Positions 11,022 through 19,069 of a stretch of DNA of 54,180 bases are shown piece after piece. Location of the stretch: the IMG/VR virus record IMGVR_UViG_3300047563_000085, positions 1 to 54,180 of that record; one strand, written 5' to 3'. This DNA comes from a virus. Lineage: Duplodnaviria > Caudoviricetes. The translations under genes were made by a program, and so were the position numbers. The notes beneath the pieces are model-generated. The model searched no databases. It had not been told where the DNA came from and saw nothing but the letters and a program-made list of their open reading frames with translations. The first letter of the stretch is position 1, and each line of letters begins with the position of its first letter.

Positions 11022-11816
11022 ATGCGACTAAATGAGCAATTATCATATGCAAAAGATACCCTACAATTGGTAAATGCATTAGAAAAAGAAATATATAAAG
11101 AATTAGAACACTTTGGCGGTACTGGCGATGAATTTGTGCAAGATAAAATTCTTGATTGTATGATTGCCGTGTTCGACGATTATCTAGATAATAATGCAAT
11201 AGATTATGTTGAACTGGCTTGCCATTTGAGTAATTCTACCGCTGGGTCGTGGGATGATAACCACACAATAACTTTGACAATAAACCCGATTGGTGGATTG
11301 TGTGCAGATATTGGTCCGACTATAGACGAATGCAAAGAATATGATTCGTTATCATACGACGATTATCTTAAAGAGTTATTTTCTAAACTTATAACAAGAT
11401 TAGTTGGTATATTTTTACACGAGCTACAGCATTCGTTGCAGTCATATAATGCGAACACCGATAAACAAGAAAAAATATTCAGTTATCGCAGCTATACAAA
11501 TAAAAATAAACAAGCATTTTATGATAAAGTAAATGCTGGTGTATTAGATATAGATTATAAGTCTTCTCCTGAAGAAATAGATGCACATGCAGTAGAAGAT
11601 ATAGCTAAAGTAATAGCGAACATGAAAGACTTTGATACTGATGATAAAAAACGATATATAACAAAATGTTTCCAAACTATAGCATCGCTTGGTAAGAAAT
11701 ATATTACCGATAAGATGGTTGGTTCTAACCAAATAGCAATAAAATGTCGCCAAAGATATATGAAGAAAATATATAAAGGTCTAAAAGACTATCTAGACAA
11801 CCATATAGAACAATAA
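11022..11816 (+). CDS. Putative zincin-like metallopeptidase
   Basis: FLHELQH (HExxH) and downstream Y.SSPEEIDA; MRLNE leader; TAAATA at 10996-11001. Confidence 0.6.
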   Translation: MRLNEQLSYAKDTLQLVNALEKEIYKELEHFGGTGDEFVQDKILDCMIAVFDDYLDNNAIDYVELACHLSNSTAGSWDDNHTITLTINPIGGLCADIGPTIDECKEYDSLSYDDYLKELFSKLITRLVGIFLHELQHSLQSYNANTDKQEKIFSYRSYTNKNKQAFYDKVNAGVLDIDYKSSPEEIDAHAVEDIAKVIANMKDFDTDDKKRYITKCFQTIASLGKKYITDKMVGSNQIAIKCRQRYMKKIYKGLKDYLDNHIEQ

Positions 11817-11820
11817 AAGG

Positions 11821-11852
11821 AAAAGCCACTGAAAATATTTTCAGTGGCTTTT
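11821..11852. terminator. Bidirectional terminator (perfect palindrome)
   Basis: AAAAGCCACTGAAAAT|ATTTTCAGTGGCTTTT between convergent genes. Confidence 0.8.
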
Positions 11853-12098
11853 CGCATATTCTATCATTTCTTTCATAGTGCCATAAGCCACCCAATCGTC
11901 CACGCCAGGGTCGAAAACAGAATACAGATTGTCCGGCTCGCCACATATTGTATATCGATTTATCATGACATACCAATCAGTATGGTCTTTGAAAATATAA
12001 GCATTGCCTTTCAACTTTTCAACAAAGGCAATAACGAAATCTTCTGCGCCATAATAATCTATCAACTGATGTATTTCATTTTCCGATTTTATTATCAT
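11841..12098 (-). CDS. Hypothetical protein (MI-start array member)
   Basis: Start taken at MIIKSE by analogy with neighbours. Confidence 0.65.
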   Translation of the reverse strand: MIIKSENEIHQLIDYYGAEDFVIAFVEKLKGNAYIFKDHTDWYVMINRYTICGEPDNLYSVFDPGVDDWVAYGTMKEMIEYAKSH

Positions 12099-12297
12099 AA
12101 CAAAATTTCCTAACATATGATAATGGTTTCCCACCAATGATTATTGAAAACCCACTATACAAATTTGGCTTTTTCGATGCGCAATTGGTGATAACCCATT
12201 TACAATACTCCATATGATTCCCATACCGTTTCCACCCAAGCATTTTTAACAAATATAGTTCGATAAATTTTATATTTTTATCGGTTTTTATTATCAT
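12076..12297 (-). CDS. Hypothetical protein (MI-start array member)
   Basis: MIIKTD start overlaps upstream stop (ATGA). Confidence 0.6.
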   Translation of the reverse strand: MIIKTDKNIKFIELYLLKMLGWKRYGNHMEYCKWVITNCASKKPNLYSGFSIIIGGKPLSYVRKFCYDNKIGK

Positions 12298-12599
12298 GAT
12301 GTTAACAATTCTTCCCACAAAAAACTAATAAGCGTATCTAATGTTTCAAATGAATAGACATCACTAGGCACAATAGAGTAATTCGCGTAGCCATATCTAG
12401 CATACGCCGACCGGTATATCTGGTGCTTGTCGAGCCATATTTCCACATCTTCTAACATATCATCATAGTGAATAAACATTTTATATTTTAATGACAACAT
12501 ATCCAGATATGGTTCGAGTTTTATATGATCACCATCGAATGCATACGCATTCACAAATTTTTTTATTTCTTCGGTATATTTGTTTTGATATATAATCAT
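12294..12599 (-). CDS. Hypothetical protein (MI-start array member)
   Basis: MIIYQN; ATGA overlaps at both ends. Confidence 0.7.
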   Translation of the reverse strand: MIIYQNKYTEEIKKFVNAYAFDGDHIKLEPYLDMLSLKYKMFIHYDDMLEDVEIWLDKHQIYRSAYARYGYANYSIVPSDVYSFETLDTLISFLWEELLTS

Positions 12600-12889
12600 A
12601 GATTAAACTTTTCTTTTACGAGTTCATAAATTTTATTTACTTCTACGATATTAGATTCATATCTAAAATGAGTCACATCTTCTTCAACATATATTGCTAT
12701 TTCATTACTACCGTTGGTTATTGTTATTTTGAATGTGTTTCTAATAAACTTTATAGAAAGCCACGCATCGGATTTTCCTTTCAACATAAGCATTGTTGTT
12801 ATTTTAGACAACTGTGGTACGAGATATTGATATTTTGTATTTTCTAAATTTTCAATCATCAACTCATGAATGATAGTGCAAATTATCAT
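12596..12889 (-). CDS. Hypothetical protein (MI-start array member)
   Basis: MIICTI; ATGA overlap. Confidence 0.7.
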   Translation of the reverse strand: MIICTIIHELMIENLENTKYQYLVPQLSKITTMLMLKGKSDAWLSIKFIRNTFKITITNGSNEIAIYVEEDVTHFRYESNIVEVNKIYELVKEKFNL

Positions 12890-13189
12890 ATCGCCTCTAT
12901 TAATTTTTGTGTTAACTCATCATAATCTACTCTTTTTGCTATTCTATAAAATGAAGAACCGTGTTCCAGATCAATCCCATCACAGTCTGGTATCTTTCAG
13001 CATTATTGTATAAAATGCAGGAAGAACACTAAAGTATACGCAATCCATATTATCAAACCACATATTATACTCTAGTCGCTTCATCATCAAATGAAACAAA
13101 AAAGGCTGCAATAAATCTGGTAGGCACCCATAGATATTTTCTTTTAATGAAATCACTGTGTCGGAATAAGTTGTGCTATAGATTATCAT
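12886..13189 (-). pseudogene. Hypothetical MI-start gene with apparent frameshift near 12995
   Basis: ORF 13189-12980 stops early. A shifted frame (KIPDCDGIDLEHGSSFYRIAKRVDYDELTQKLIEAI*) continues to a TGA overlapping the next ATG, as in the rest of the array. Confidence 0.55.
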
Positions 13190-13493
13190 TTATTGTCTTG
13201 ATTAGTTGTTCGATTGACTCTGATGTATTCTCAAGAATGAATGGTGTTGATTCATCAACTCCAACCAAAACCTCCCCGGTTTCATACCTTATGATATCGA
13301 TTTGGCTATGATGAAATCTATGCTTGTTCGTTATAATTGCGAATACGATTTTACCACGTTCCTTTCTCTGAAAATTTATATAAGAAATGTTATATCTTAA
13401 TCCAAGAAATAGCGATAATTCTTTTAACCATTTGCCATCTTCTGACGAAAACACGAAGTGCTCAATCATTTTATTTATTTTTGGATATATCAT
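13176..13493 (-). CDS. Hypothetical protein (MI-start array member)
   Basis: MIYPKI; ATGA overlap with upstream gene. Confidence 0.7.
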   Translation of the reverse strand: MIYPKINKMIEHFVFSSEDGKWLKELSLFLGLRYNISYINFQRKERGKIVFAIITNKHRFHHSQIDIIRYETGEVLVGVDESTPFILENTSESIEQLIKTINDNL

Positions 13494-13693
13494 ATATCCA
13501 AAAATACTATATTAATGACATCATCTATCCCTACGTCTTTGTATATCACTAGATCATTCGGATGCTCCGAATATTCGGTTATATTAAGGGCACATCCAGT
13601 ATTGATAATACGGCAGCGTATCACTACCTTGATAAGATGATAATCATCAGTAATTTCAAATAATTCAGATGGTAAATTTTGGGTTATAATCAC
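13490..13693 (-). CDS. Hypothetical protein (MI-start array member)
   Basis: GTG start overlapping upstream TGA. Confidence 0.65.
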   Translation of the reverse strand: MIITQNLPSELFEITDDYHLIKVVIRCRIINTGCALNITEYSEHPNDLVIYKDVGIDDVINIVFLDI

Positions 13694-13968
13694 TTTTTAA
13701 ACTTTCCTATGTTTTTTGTTATTTTCGAGAATACTACTGGGTGAAAAATTACAGAAAATGGTATTACCGTCCGGTGGTGTAATAATGTGTTGCATATAAA
13801 ATGTCCATGTTTATTGGCGGGATTGAACCACACGGAGGCAACCTCTAAACCACGCTGGGTGTTAGATATGCTTGTCTTACTATAAAACAAAGTTAAAATA
13901 TTCCAAAATGGTTGGAGTTCTGTTAACTTAGTACATTCTATTTTTAATGGTTTACTATCGACTATCAT
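13690..13968 (-). CDS. Hypothetical protein (MI-start array member)
   Basis: MIVDSK; ATGA overlap. Confidence 0.65.
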   Translation of the reverse strand: MIVDSKPLKIECTKLTELQPFWNILTLFYSKTSISNTQRGLEVASVWFNPANKHGHFICNTLLHHRTVIPFSVIFHPVVFSKITKNIGKFKK

Positions 13969-14243
13969 AATTTGGCCATATTTTTTATTATCATAATAGT
14001 ATCTGTAGAAAGAATATCTTTTGGTAATATATTTGTAAAGTGTCCATTGATGCTATCTACTGTAATCATATATGATTTTTCATATATAAACACACGATCA
14101 CTTATATAAACACATCCGAATCCTTGTGCAGAGCGAAAATACTGCATTTCTTTATTTTTCTGCCTATCAAAAAATATACGCATAATAAAATATAAAGTTT
14201 CAAATTTGTCGTTTGGTTCAATCGGTTCTTGCAGTAGTATCAT
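13965..14243 (-). CDS. Hypothetical protein (MI-start array member)
   Basis: MILLQE; ATGA overlap. Confidence 0.7.
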   Translation of the reverse strand: MILLQEPIEPNDKFETLYFIMRIFFDRQKNKEMQYFRSAQGFGCVYISDRVFIYEKSYMITVDSINGHFTNILPKDILSTDTIMIIKNMAKL

Positions 14244-14485
14244 AACCTTTCTTTTACTTCCTTAAACATTTCTGTGGTTAGCACATCGCTTGGTGCTATT
14301 TGATCACCGTCTATATACCATGAATATCTTCTTTGTACTATGTCTATGTTTCCATACTGAATTCGGTTTGAGAAACTAGATTCCCAAATTTTCCTAGGGT
14401 AAAACACGGACAATATTCTAACAAAGCTTTTTATATCTCCGGGAATATGCCTATAAAATTTTATTTCTTTAATTTGTGTGATCAT
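14240..14485 (-). CDS. Hypothetical protein (first MI-start array member)
   Basis: MITQIK; C-terminus (I.P.DVL.T) resembles that of 13965..14243. Confidence 0.65.
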   Translation of the reverse strand: MITQIKEIKFYRHIPGDIKSFVRILSVFYPRKIWESSFSNRIQYGNIDIVQRRYSWYIDGDQIAPSDVLTTEMFKEVKERL

Positions 14486-14491
14486 ACTATG

Positions 14492-14525
14492 AAAAAAAGG
14501 AATATCACACGATATTCCTTTTTTT
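14492..14525. terminator. Intrinsic terminator after the polymerase-intein fragment
   Basis: AAAAAAAGGAATATC-ACAC-GATATTCCTTTTTTT. Confidence 0.8.
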
Positions 14526-14528
14526 GTT

Positions 14529-14876
14529 TCAGTTCATTGAAATTAGTTTGTCGGTAGTGAGTATTTCTGATGGTTTTATTTCCATTAGATGACCATCGCG
14601 TTCTACCATACAGGAATGATCATTGGTGATAATAATTGTGTTACCATTGCTATCTTCTATCTTCCATTTTGTCTTACTTGTCTTGTGGCGATATATGTAG
14701 TTGAAATCAGACAATACATATTGTTTTGTTTCTGGGTTATACGTATATGTCTTCATTCGGTCATCGCATGCATATTCTTTATCACCAACATTCCATTTTA
14801 TTTGACAGTTATTAAACGCATCATTTATTTTATATGGAATATCGTTGATTATAATCAACGTATTTTCATCAACCGA
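14529..14876 (-). other. Split intein N-fragment (115 aa, Ser1) at the motif C site
   Basis: Starts SVDENTLI after DTD; block B TIIITNDHSCMV; ends EIKPSEILTTDKLISMN* with no C-terminal HN motif. Confidence 0.85.
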
Positions 14877-15257
14877 GTCCGTATCGTTATAAACTATAGA
14901 TTCGCCATAAACATCATAATCTCCAGTTATTTGTTTATTGATTTGGGATGTCATGTGTTTGGTAATACAACGACCAGTAAGGGTTACTGATTGTCCTATT
15001 CGCTTATCGTAAAACTTCATGCTTTCGTTAAGCAACGCACCATACAGTGAGTTTAGAAGAATCTTGGTGGCTTGTTGGCGTTGATTCCAGAACTGAACAT
15101 ATTCTAGATATTCCTCTTTATCTTTTGGGACGATCTTCCCGTCCACAATTTTTAGGTTGTAGTCTAGAAGAATACGTTTCAGTTTTGTTACATCTTTGGT
15201 GGAGAAACAGTCGTGTATCTCTTTATACACGGGGGAGTTAACGATGTCTATAGTCAT
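14529..15257 (-). CDS. gp43: Family B DNA polymerase middle fragment (fingers, motif B, start of motif C) fused to split-intein N-half
   Basis: KILLNSLYG (motif B), GQSVTLTGR and YNDTD (motif C), followed directly by intein sequence. Confidence 0.9.
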   Translation of the reverse strand: MTIDIVNSPVYKEIHDCFSTKDVTKLKRILLDYNLKIVDGKIVPKDKEEYLEYVQFWNQRQQATKILLNSLYGALLNESMKFYDKRIGQSVTLTGRCITKHMTSQINKQITGDYDVYGESIVYNDTDSVDENTLIIINDIPYKINDAFNNCQIKWNVGDKEYACDDRMKTYTYNPETKQYVLSDFNYIYRHKTSKTKWKIEDSNGNTIIITNDHSCMVERDGHLMEIKPSEILTTDKLISMN

Positions 15258-15386
15258 ATGGTAATAATTTGTAAGTGTAGTAGTTATGCATCAATTTTAT
15301 GTTAAAAATGCTTTTGGCGCAAAATTCTATGCTAGACTAGCTGAAACCAAATTTTCATGAAAGGGCAATGATATGAGTTACGCCAC

Positions 15387-16636
15387 ATGATAAATATTAT
15401 TATCAATTTTTCTTTCTATGTCTCATAAAGCCTATAAGTTTCGTATCTATCCCAATAAACAACAAGCTAAAGATATTAATAATACCTTTGGTTGTGTTAG
15501 ATTTCTTTGGAATAAACACGTCTCTGCTTTTTATTCATATTCTAAAGTTGGTCCTAATCCAGTTGTTACTTCTAAATTACTTAAAGATAATCCAGAATAC
15601 ACATGGCTTAATGATGTGTCTGCTGCAGCACTTCAGCAAAAAGATAGAGATTTTATAGAATTCAAAAGACAATATTTCAGTAAGACCCGTAAGTCTAAAT
15701 TAGGCCCACCTAAGTACAAAAAGAAAGGACAACATGATTCTTATAGATTACCTAATAATACAAGGTTTGGATTAGATCAAACTAGGTCCAAAATAAGATT
15801 AGAGAAAATAGGTCATGTCGATATCGTATTAGATAGAACTATACCATCTGATGCTAAGTTCATATCGGTTACTATATCTAAAATAAATACCGAATATTAT
15901 GCATCGGTCTTAGTAGATGAAGAAATTAAACCATTACCTTCTACACATAAACACGTAGGTATTGATTTAGGTTTAATTGATTTATGTACTCTATCCAACG
16001 GACTAGTAATCCATAACCCTAGGTGGTTTCGTAAAAACCAAACGAAACTAGCTAAGGCACAAAAGAAATTAAGTAGAAAAACAAAAGGTAGTAATCGCTA
16101 TCTAAAACAAAAACTAAAAGTAGCTAAAATACACCAATACATAGCAAGATGTCGTAATTGGTATCTACATCAGATATCTACTTACCTAGTAAGAAATTAT
16201 GACACTATATGTATTGAAGACCTCAATATAGCAGGTATGAGAAAGATACTAGGCAAGTCTATTTCGGATGCAGGGCTGGCTACTTTAGTAGCTCAGATAA
16301 AATACAAATGTGATTGGTATGGTAAAACATTCCATCAAGTGAGTAGATATTTTGCATCTAGTAAGATATGTTCGGTATGTGGAAAGAAATCATCATTTGG
16401 TATAGATGTAAGAGAATGGATGTGTGCTTATTGTTGGTCATTTCATGACAGAGATCTAAACGCAGCTATTAACATATTGAACCAAGGAATAAAAGAGCTA
16501 TATAGTATTACTCCGGACGAATTAGCCGGTGAAGGACATGAAGAGGATGTCAGTCTAGTGGTGGGTATTAATCCACTGATAGCAGCTTCGATGAAGTGTC
16601 AAATATCACACAACTATGTGTGACATAAATTATCAT
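15387..16636 (+). mobile_element. Non-autonomous tnpB-only IS200/IS605/IS607-superfamily element; boundaries approximate
   Basis: tnpB with no tnpA; short terminal IR ATGATAA (15387) / TTATCAT (16636); structured 3' end. Confidence 0.55.
15418..16623 (+). CDS. tnpB: TnpB RNA-guided endonuclease
   Basis: KAYKFRIYPN N-terminus; RuvC GIDLG, IEDL and DRDLNAA; CxxC/CxxC Zn ribbon. Confidence 0.95.
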   Translation: MSHKAYKFRIYPNKQQAKDINNTFGCVRFLWNKHVSAFYSYSKVGPNPVVTSKLLKDNPEYTWLNDVSAAALQQKDRDFIEFKRQYFSKTRKSKLGPPKYKKKGQHDSYRLPNNTRFGLDQTRSKIRLEKIGHVDIVLDRTIPSDAKFISVTISKINTEYYASVLVDEEIKPLPSTHKHVGIDLGLIDLCTLSNGLVIHNPRWFRKNQTKLAKAQKKLSRKTKGSNRYLKQKLKVAKIHQYIARCRNWYLHQISTYLVRNYDTICIEDLNIAGMRKILGKSISDAGLATLVAQIKYKCDWYGKTFHQVSRYFASSKICSVCGKKSSFGIDVREWMCAYCWSFHDRDLNAAINILNQGIKELYSITPDELAGEGHEEDVSLVVGINPLIAASMKCQISHNYV

Positions 16637-16655
16637 CGCAAACGCCGAAACAAAG
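16490..16655 (+). ncRNA. Putative omega-RNA overlapping the 3' end of tnpB; boundaries approximate
   Basis: Position is standard for TnpB; paired segments GACATGAAG...CTTCGATGAAGTGTC and terminal hairpin TCACACA-ACTA-TGTGTGA. Confidence 0.5.
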
Positions 16656-16851
16656 ATGATACTTTGGTTTATATTGGATCAAGTCAACAGGTTAATCCAC
16701 CCTCCAGATTATTTCAAGATTGTTATATTGGAAATAAAATTCTTTGCAATAAGGATGTATGTTTCCAAGACAATCTCTTCGATCACAAAGTTTATGGATA
16801 TGCTTCGGTAGAAGTCCCGAAACTAGAGTCTTTATTCTAAAAGGAAATATT

Positions 16852-17805
16852 ATGAAAGAACTGCAAATTGTTGATACTGTTGTATATGGATCACGCAACT
16901 ATGGTACTGAAACTCCAACATCGGATTATGATTACAAGGTAATCTATGTCCCTAGTATGCGTGATATGCTGCTAGGAAAGAAATTCAAAATATTCAAGAA
17001 TAGGTTTGATGCCGATGGTGTCCAGATCAAGGATATCCTTTGTTCCATGCCAGATTGTGGAGCAGAATATGAATACATTCCGTTGCAAACCCTAATCAAG
17101 GATTATACCAAGGGACAAACCTATGCTGCGGAAGTAATGTTTGCATTAATTGCCAATCCTGGTCATAAACTGCATGATTTGGCAAAAGAAGTAGTTGAAT
17201 CCTTCCGAGTGACCGATGTTCTTAGTATGGTTGGATTTGCTAAGAAACAAACGATGGACTATATCAGTCGGGCTCGGCGTCTGGTTGATGTAAAATCTAT
17301 TGTTGAATTTCTCAATACTAAAATTGCATTGGGGAAACCACATGCGAAACTTTGCGAGTTCATTGATGAGGTTCCAGAGAAGTTTCATATCATCATGGAC
17401 AAGGATGTAAAGCCATATCGTGGAATCTATGTCGCTGGTCGCCAATACAGTGAGCGAACTTCTATCTCGGACGTATGCGCATCATTGACTATCATTAGAG
17501 ATGATTATGGGCAGCGAGTAGTAGAAGCAATTGGTTCAGGCAATATCGATTGGAAGTCAATCAGTGCTGCTATTCGTTGTTATGAACAGGCAATAGAACT
17601 GTATCAAACCAACCACATCGAATTTCCACGAAAGAACGCAGAATATCTGTTGGAAGTAAAACAAGGTAAAATTCCGTTTGATGTGGTGAAGCCTGTGTTG
17701 GAAGAATTGGCCGATCGGGTTGATTCTATTGTGGTTGGTGAACCAGGATATACCGAGGAACAGGTTGACGACTTCATTGTAGAGAAGTTGCATGCTTATC
17801 TGTAA
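16852..17805 (+). CDS. Predicted nucleotidyltransferase (pol-beta superfamily, T4 NrdC.11/YcgL-like)
   Basis: YGSRNYGTETPTSDYDYK (GS..YG.....SDxD); DWK...A.R; LLEVKQG. Start after AAGGA RBS. Confidence 0.85.
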   Translation: MKELQIVDTVVYGSRNYGTETPTSDYDYKVIYVPSMRDMLLGKKFKIFKNRFDADGVQIKDILCSMPDCGAEYEYIPLQTLIKDYTKGQTYAAEVMFALIANPGHKLHDLAKEVVESFRVTDVLSMVGFAKKQTMDYISRARRLVDVKSIVEFLNTKIALGKPHAKLCEFIDEVPEKFHIIMDKDVKPYRGIYVAGRQYSERTSISDVCASLTIIRDDYGQRVVEAIGSGNIDWKSISAAIRCYEQAIELYQTNHIEFPRKNAEYLLEVKQGKIPFDVVKPVLEELADRVDSIVVGEPGYTEEQVDDFIVEKLHAYL

Positions 17806-17832
17806 TGTAGTGAAAATGGCACAACCCTAGTC

Positions 17833-17862
17833 TTGACATGGATTAGGCTGTGCCATTATAAT
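17833..17862 (+). promoter_or_regulatory. Sigma70-type promoter inside an inverted repeat
   Basis: TTGACA-18-TATAAT, flanked by AATGGCACA...TGTGCCATT. Confidence 0.7.
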
Positions 17863-17898
17863 TTATGATTCTATTTCAACAACCAAAAGAATCAAGAA

Positions 17899-18381
17899 AT
17901 GCTAACATATACGAGATACTATGGAGATAATCTTGCAAAAGGTTGTCGGCTTATTCTGGAGCATGAGTGTCATGGGGTTCCATCGTGGGCAAAAGGAATG
18001 GACATTCCTAAAAAGTTATTTTTAGAAACATGCGCGCAGGGGTCACTAATGACTTCATATTCTTTGTTATTTTTAAAAGATATAAAACCAGAAGATACCA
18101 TGATGATAAAATGTCATGATAAAAACTATGAAAACAAACTACAAGAAATCATTATCGTAACCGCGGATGACAATACCTATGTTGCGGCTGGAATGTTATC
18201 TATAGTGATGGATAATAATAGCAATACCCCAAGTTATCTTCAAGTATTCACAAAAACCGGGTATCGTAACCAAGGCATTGCATCAAAAGTAATATCTGTC
18301 TTTTCAGAATATAATTCTATTTCCAACCATCATTTCAAAGGATCTAAAGTATGTCCGAAATCCGAATTAGTGAACCATTGA
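17899..18381 (+). CDS. Putative GNAT acetyltransferase
   Basis: LQVFTKTGYRNQGIASKV (acetyl-CoA motif A). Confidence 0.65.
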   Translation: MLTYTRYYGDNLAKGCRLILEHECHGVPSWAKGMDIPKKLFLETCAQGSLMTSYSLLFLKDIKPEDTMMIKCHDKNYENKLQEIIIVTADDNTYVAAGMLSIVMDNNSNTPSYLQVFTKTGYRNQGIASKVISVFSEYNSISNHHFKGSKVCPKSELVNH

Positions 18382-18986
18382 CCAGTATTGATCATAGGCT
18401 GGCCGCATGCCATCTTATATTAGAAAAGAAACTACACTATCCACTTCCAGAACCACTTCCAGAACAACGTTCGTGGTATTCTTCTCTGGCTGACATTTCA
18501 ACCAGAGTAACCACAGAAAACGATTTAGATGACCTATTTGATGCAGTAATGCTTGTTCATGATGGTGAAGAAATTGTTGGTATTGGTGTGGTCGGAACAT
18601 GGAAGAATTCCTATCATTTTCAATCCTTTATTAAACCGGACTATAGAAGCCAAGGTTTGACTATACGGATGATGAAGTCATTTAAACAAGCAAATCTTAT
18701 CCCAGAAGGCTGTTTGTACGATTGGCGAACTCTGAGAATTGGCGCGTCTATTATGGGACGGCCGCAAATTGGTGTAAATCTAGCCGCTCTATATAAAAAC
18801 ACAGAAAACCACAATATTGTCTGTATTAAATACAAATGGTTTATCGACAACGAAGAAGTTAAGGTTGGTGAATATTTCATGGCAACTAGTCAACATTTAG
18901 GCAAAACCTTGGTTTTGTGTTGTGAAGTAATCACGACGACTGGGGTTATATATGACAAGGCGAGCGTCACTATAAAATATGAATAA
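18351..18986 (+). CDS. Putative GNAT acetyltransferase with Ig-like C-terminal module
   Basis: FIKPDYRSQGL motif A; C-terminal YKWFIDNEEV...YFMATSQHLGKTL resembles the Ig repeats of the 1774-aa protein. Confidence 0.55.
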   Translation: MSEIRISEPLTSIDHRLAACHLILEKKLHYPLPEPLPEQRSWYSSLADISTRVTTENDLDDLFDAVMLVHDGEEIVGIGVVGTWKNSYHFQSFIKPDYRSQGLTIRMMKSFKQANLIPEGCLYDWRTLRIGASIMGRPQIGVNLAALYKNTENHNIVCIKYKWFIDNEEVKVGEYFMATSQHLGKTLVLCCEVITTTGVIYDKASVTIKYE

Positions 18987-18988
18987 TG

Positions 18989-19024
18989 AAAAAGCCAATA
19001 ACGAATATTCGTTATTGGCTTTTT
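18989..19024. terminator. Intrinsic terminator (perfect palindrome)
   Basis: AAAAAGCCAATAACGAAT|ATTCGTTATTGGCTTTTT. Confidence 0.85.
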
Positions 19025-19069
19025 GTTTTGTAAATAGGTAATAACATTTACACTATTTGCGAGATATAC

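Noticed and set aside
16616-16840. Gene interrupted by the first tnpB element
   Set aside because: Two downstream frames are open and the junction could not be fixed by eye, so no gene was called.
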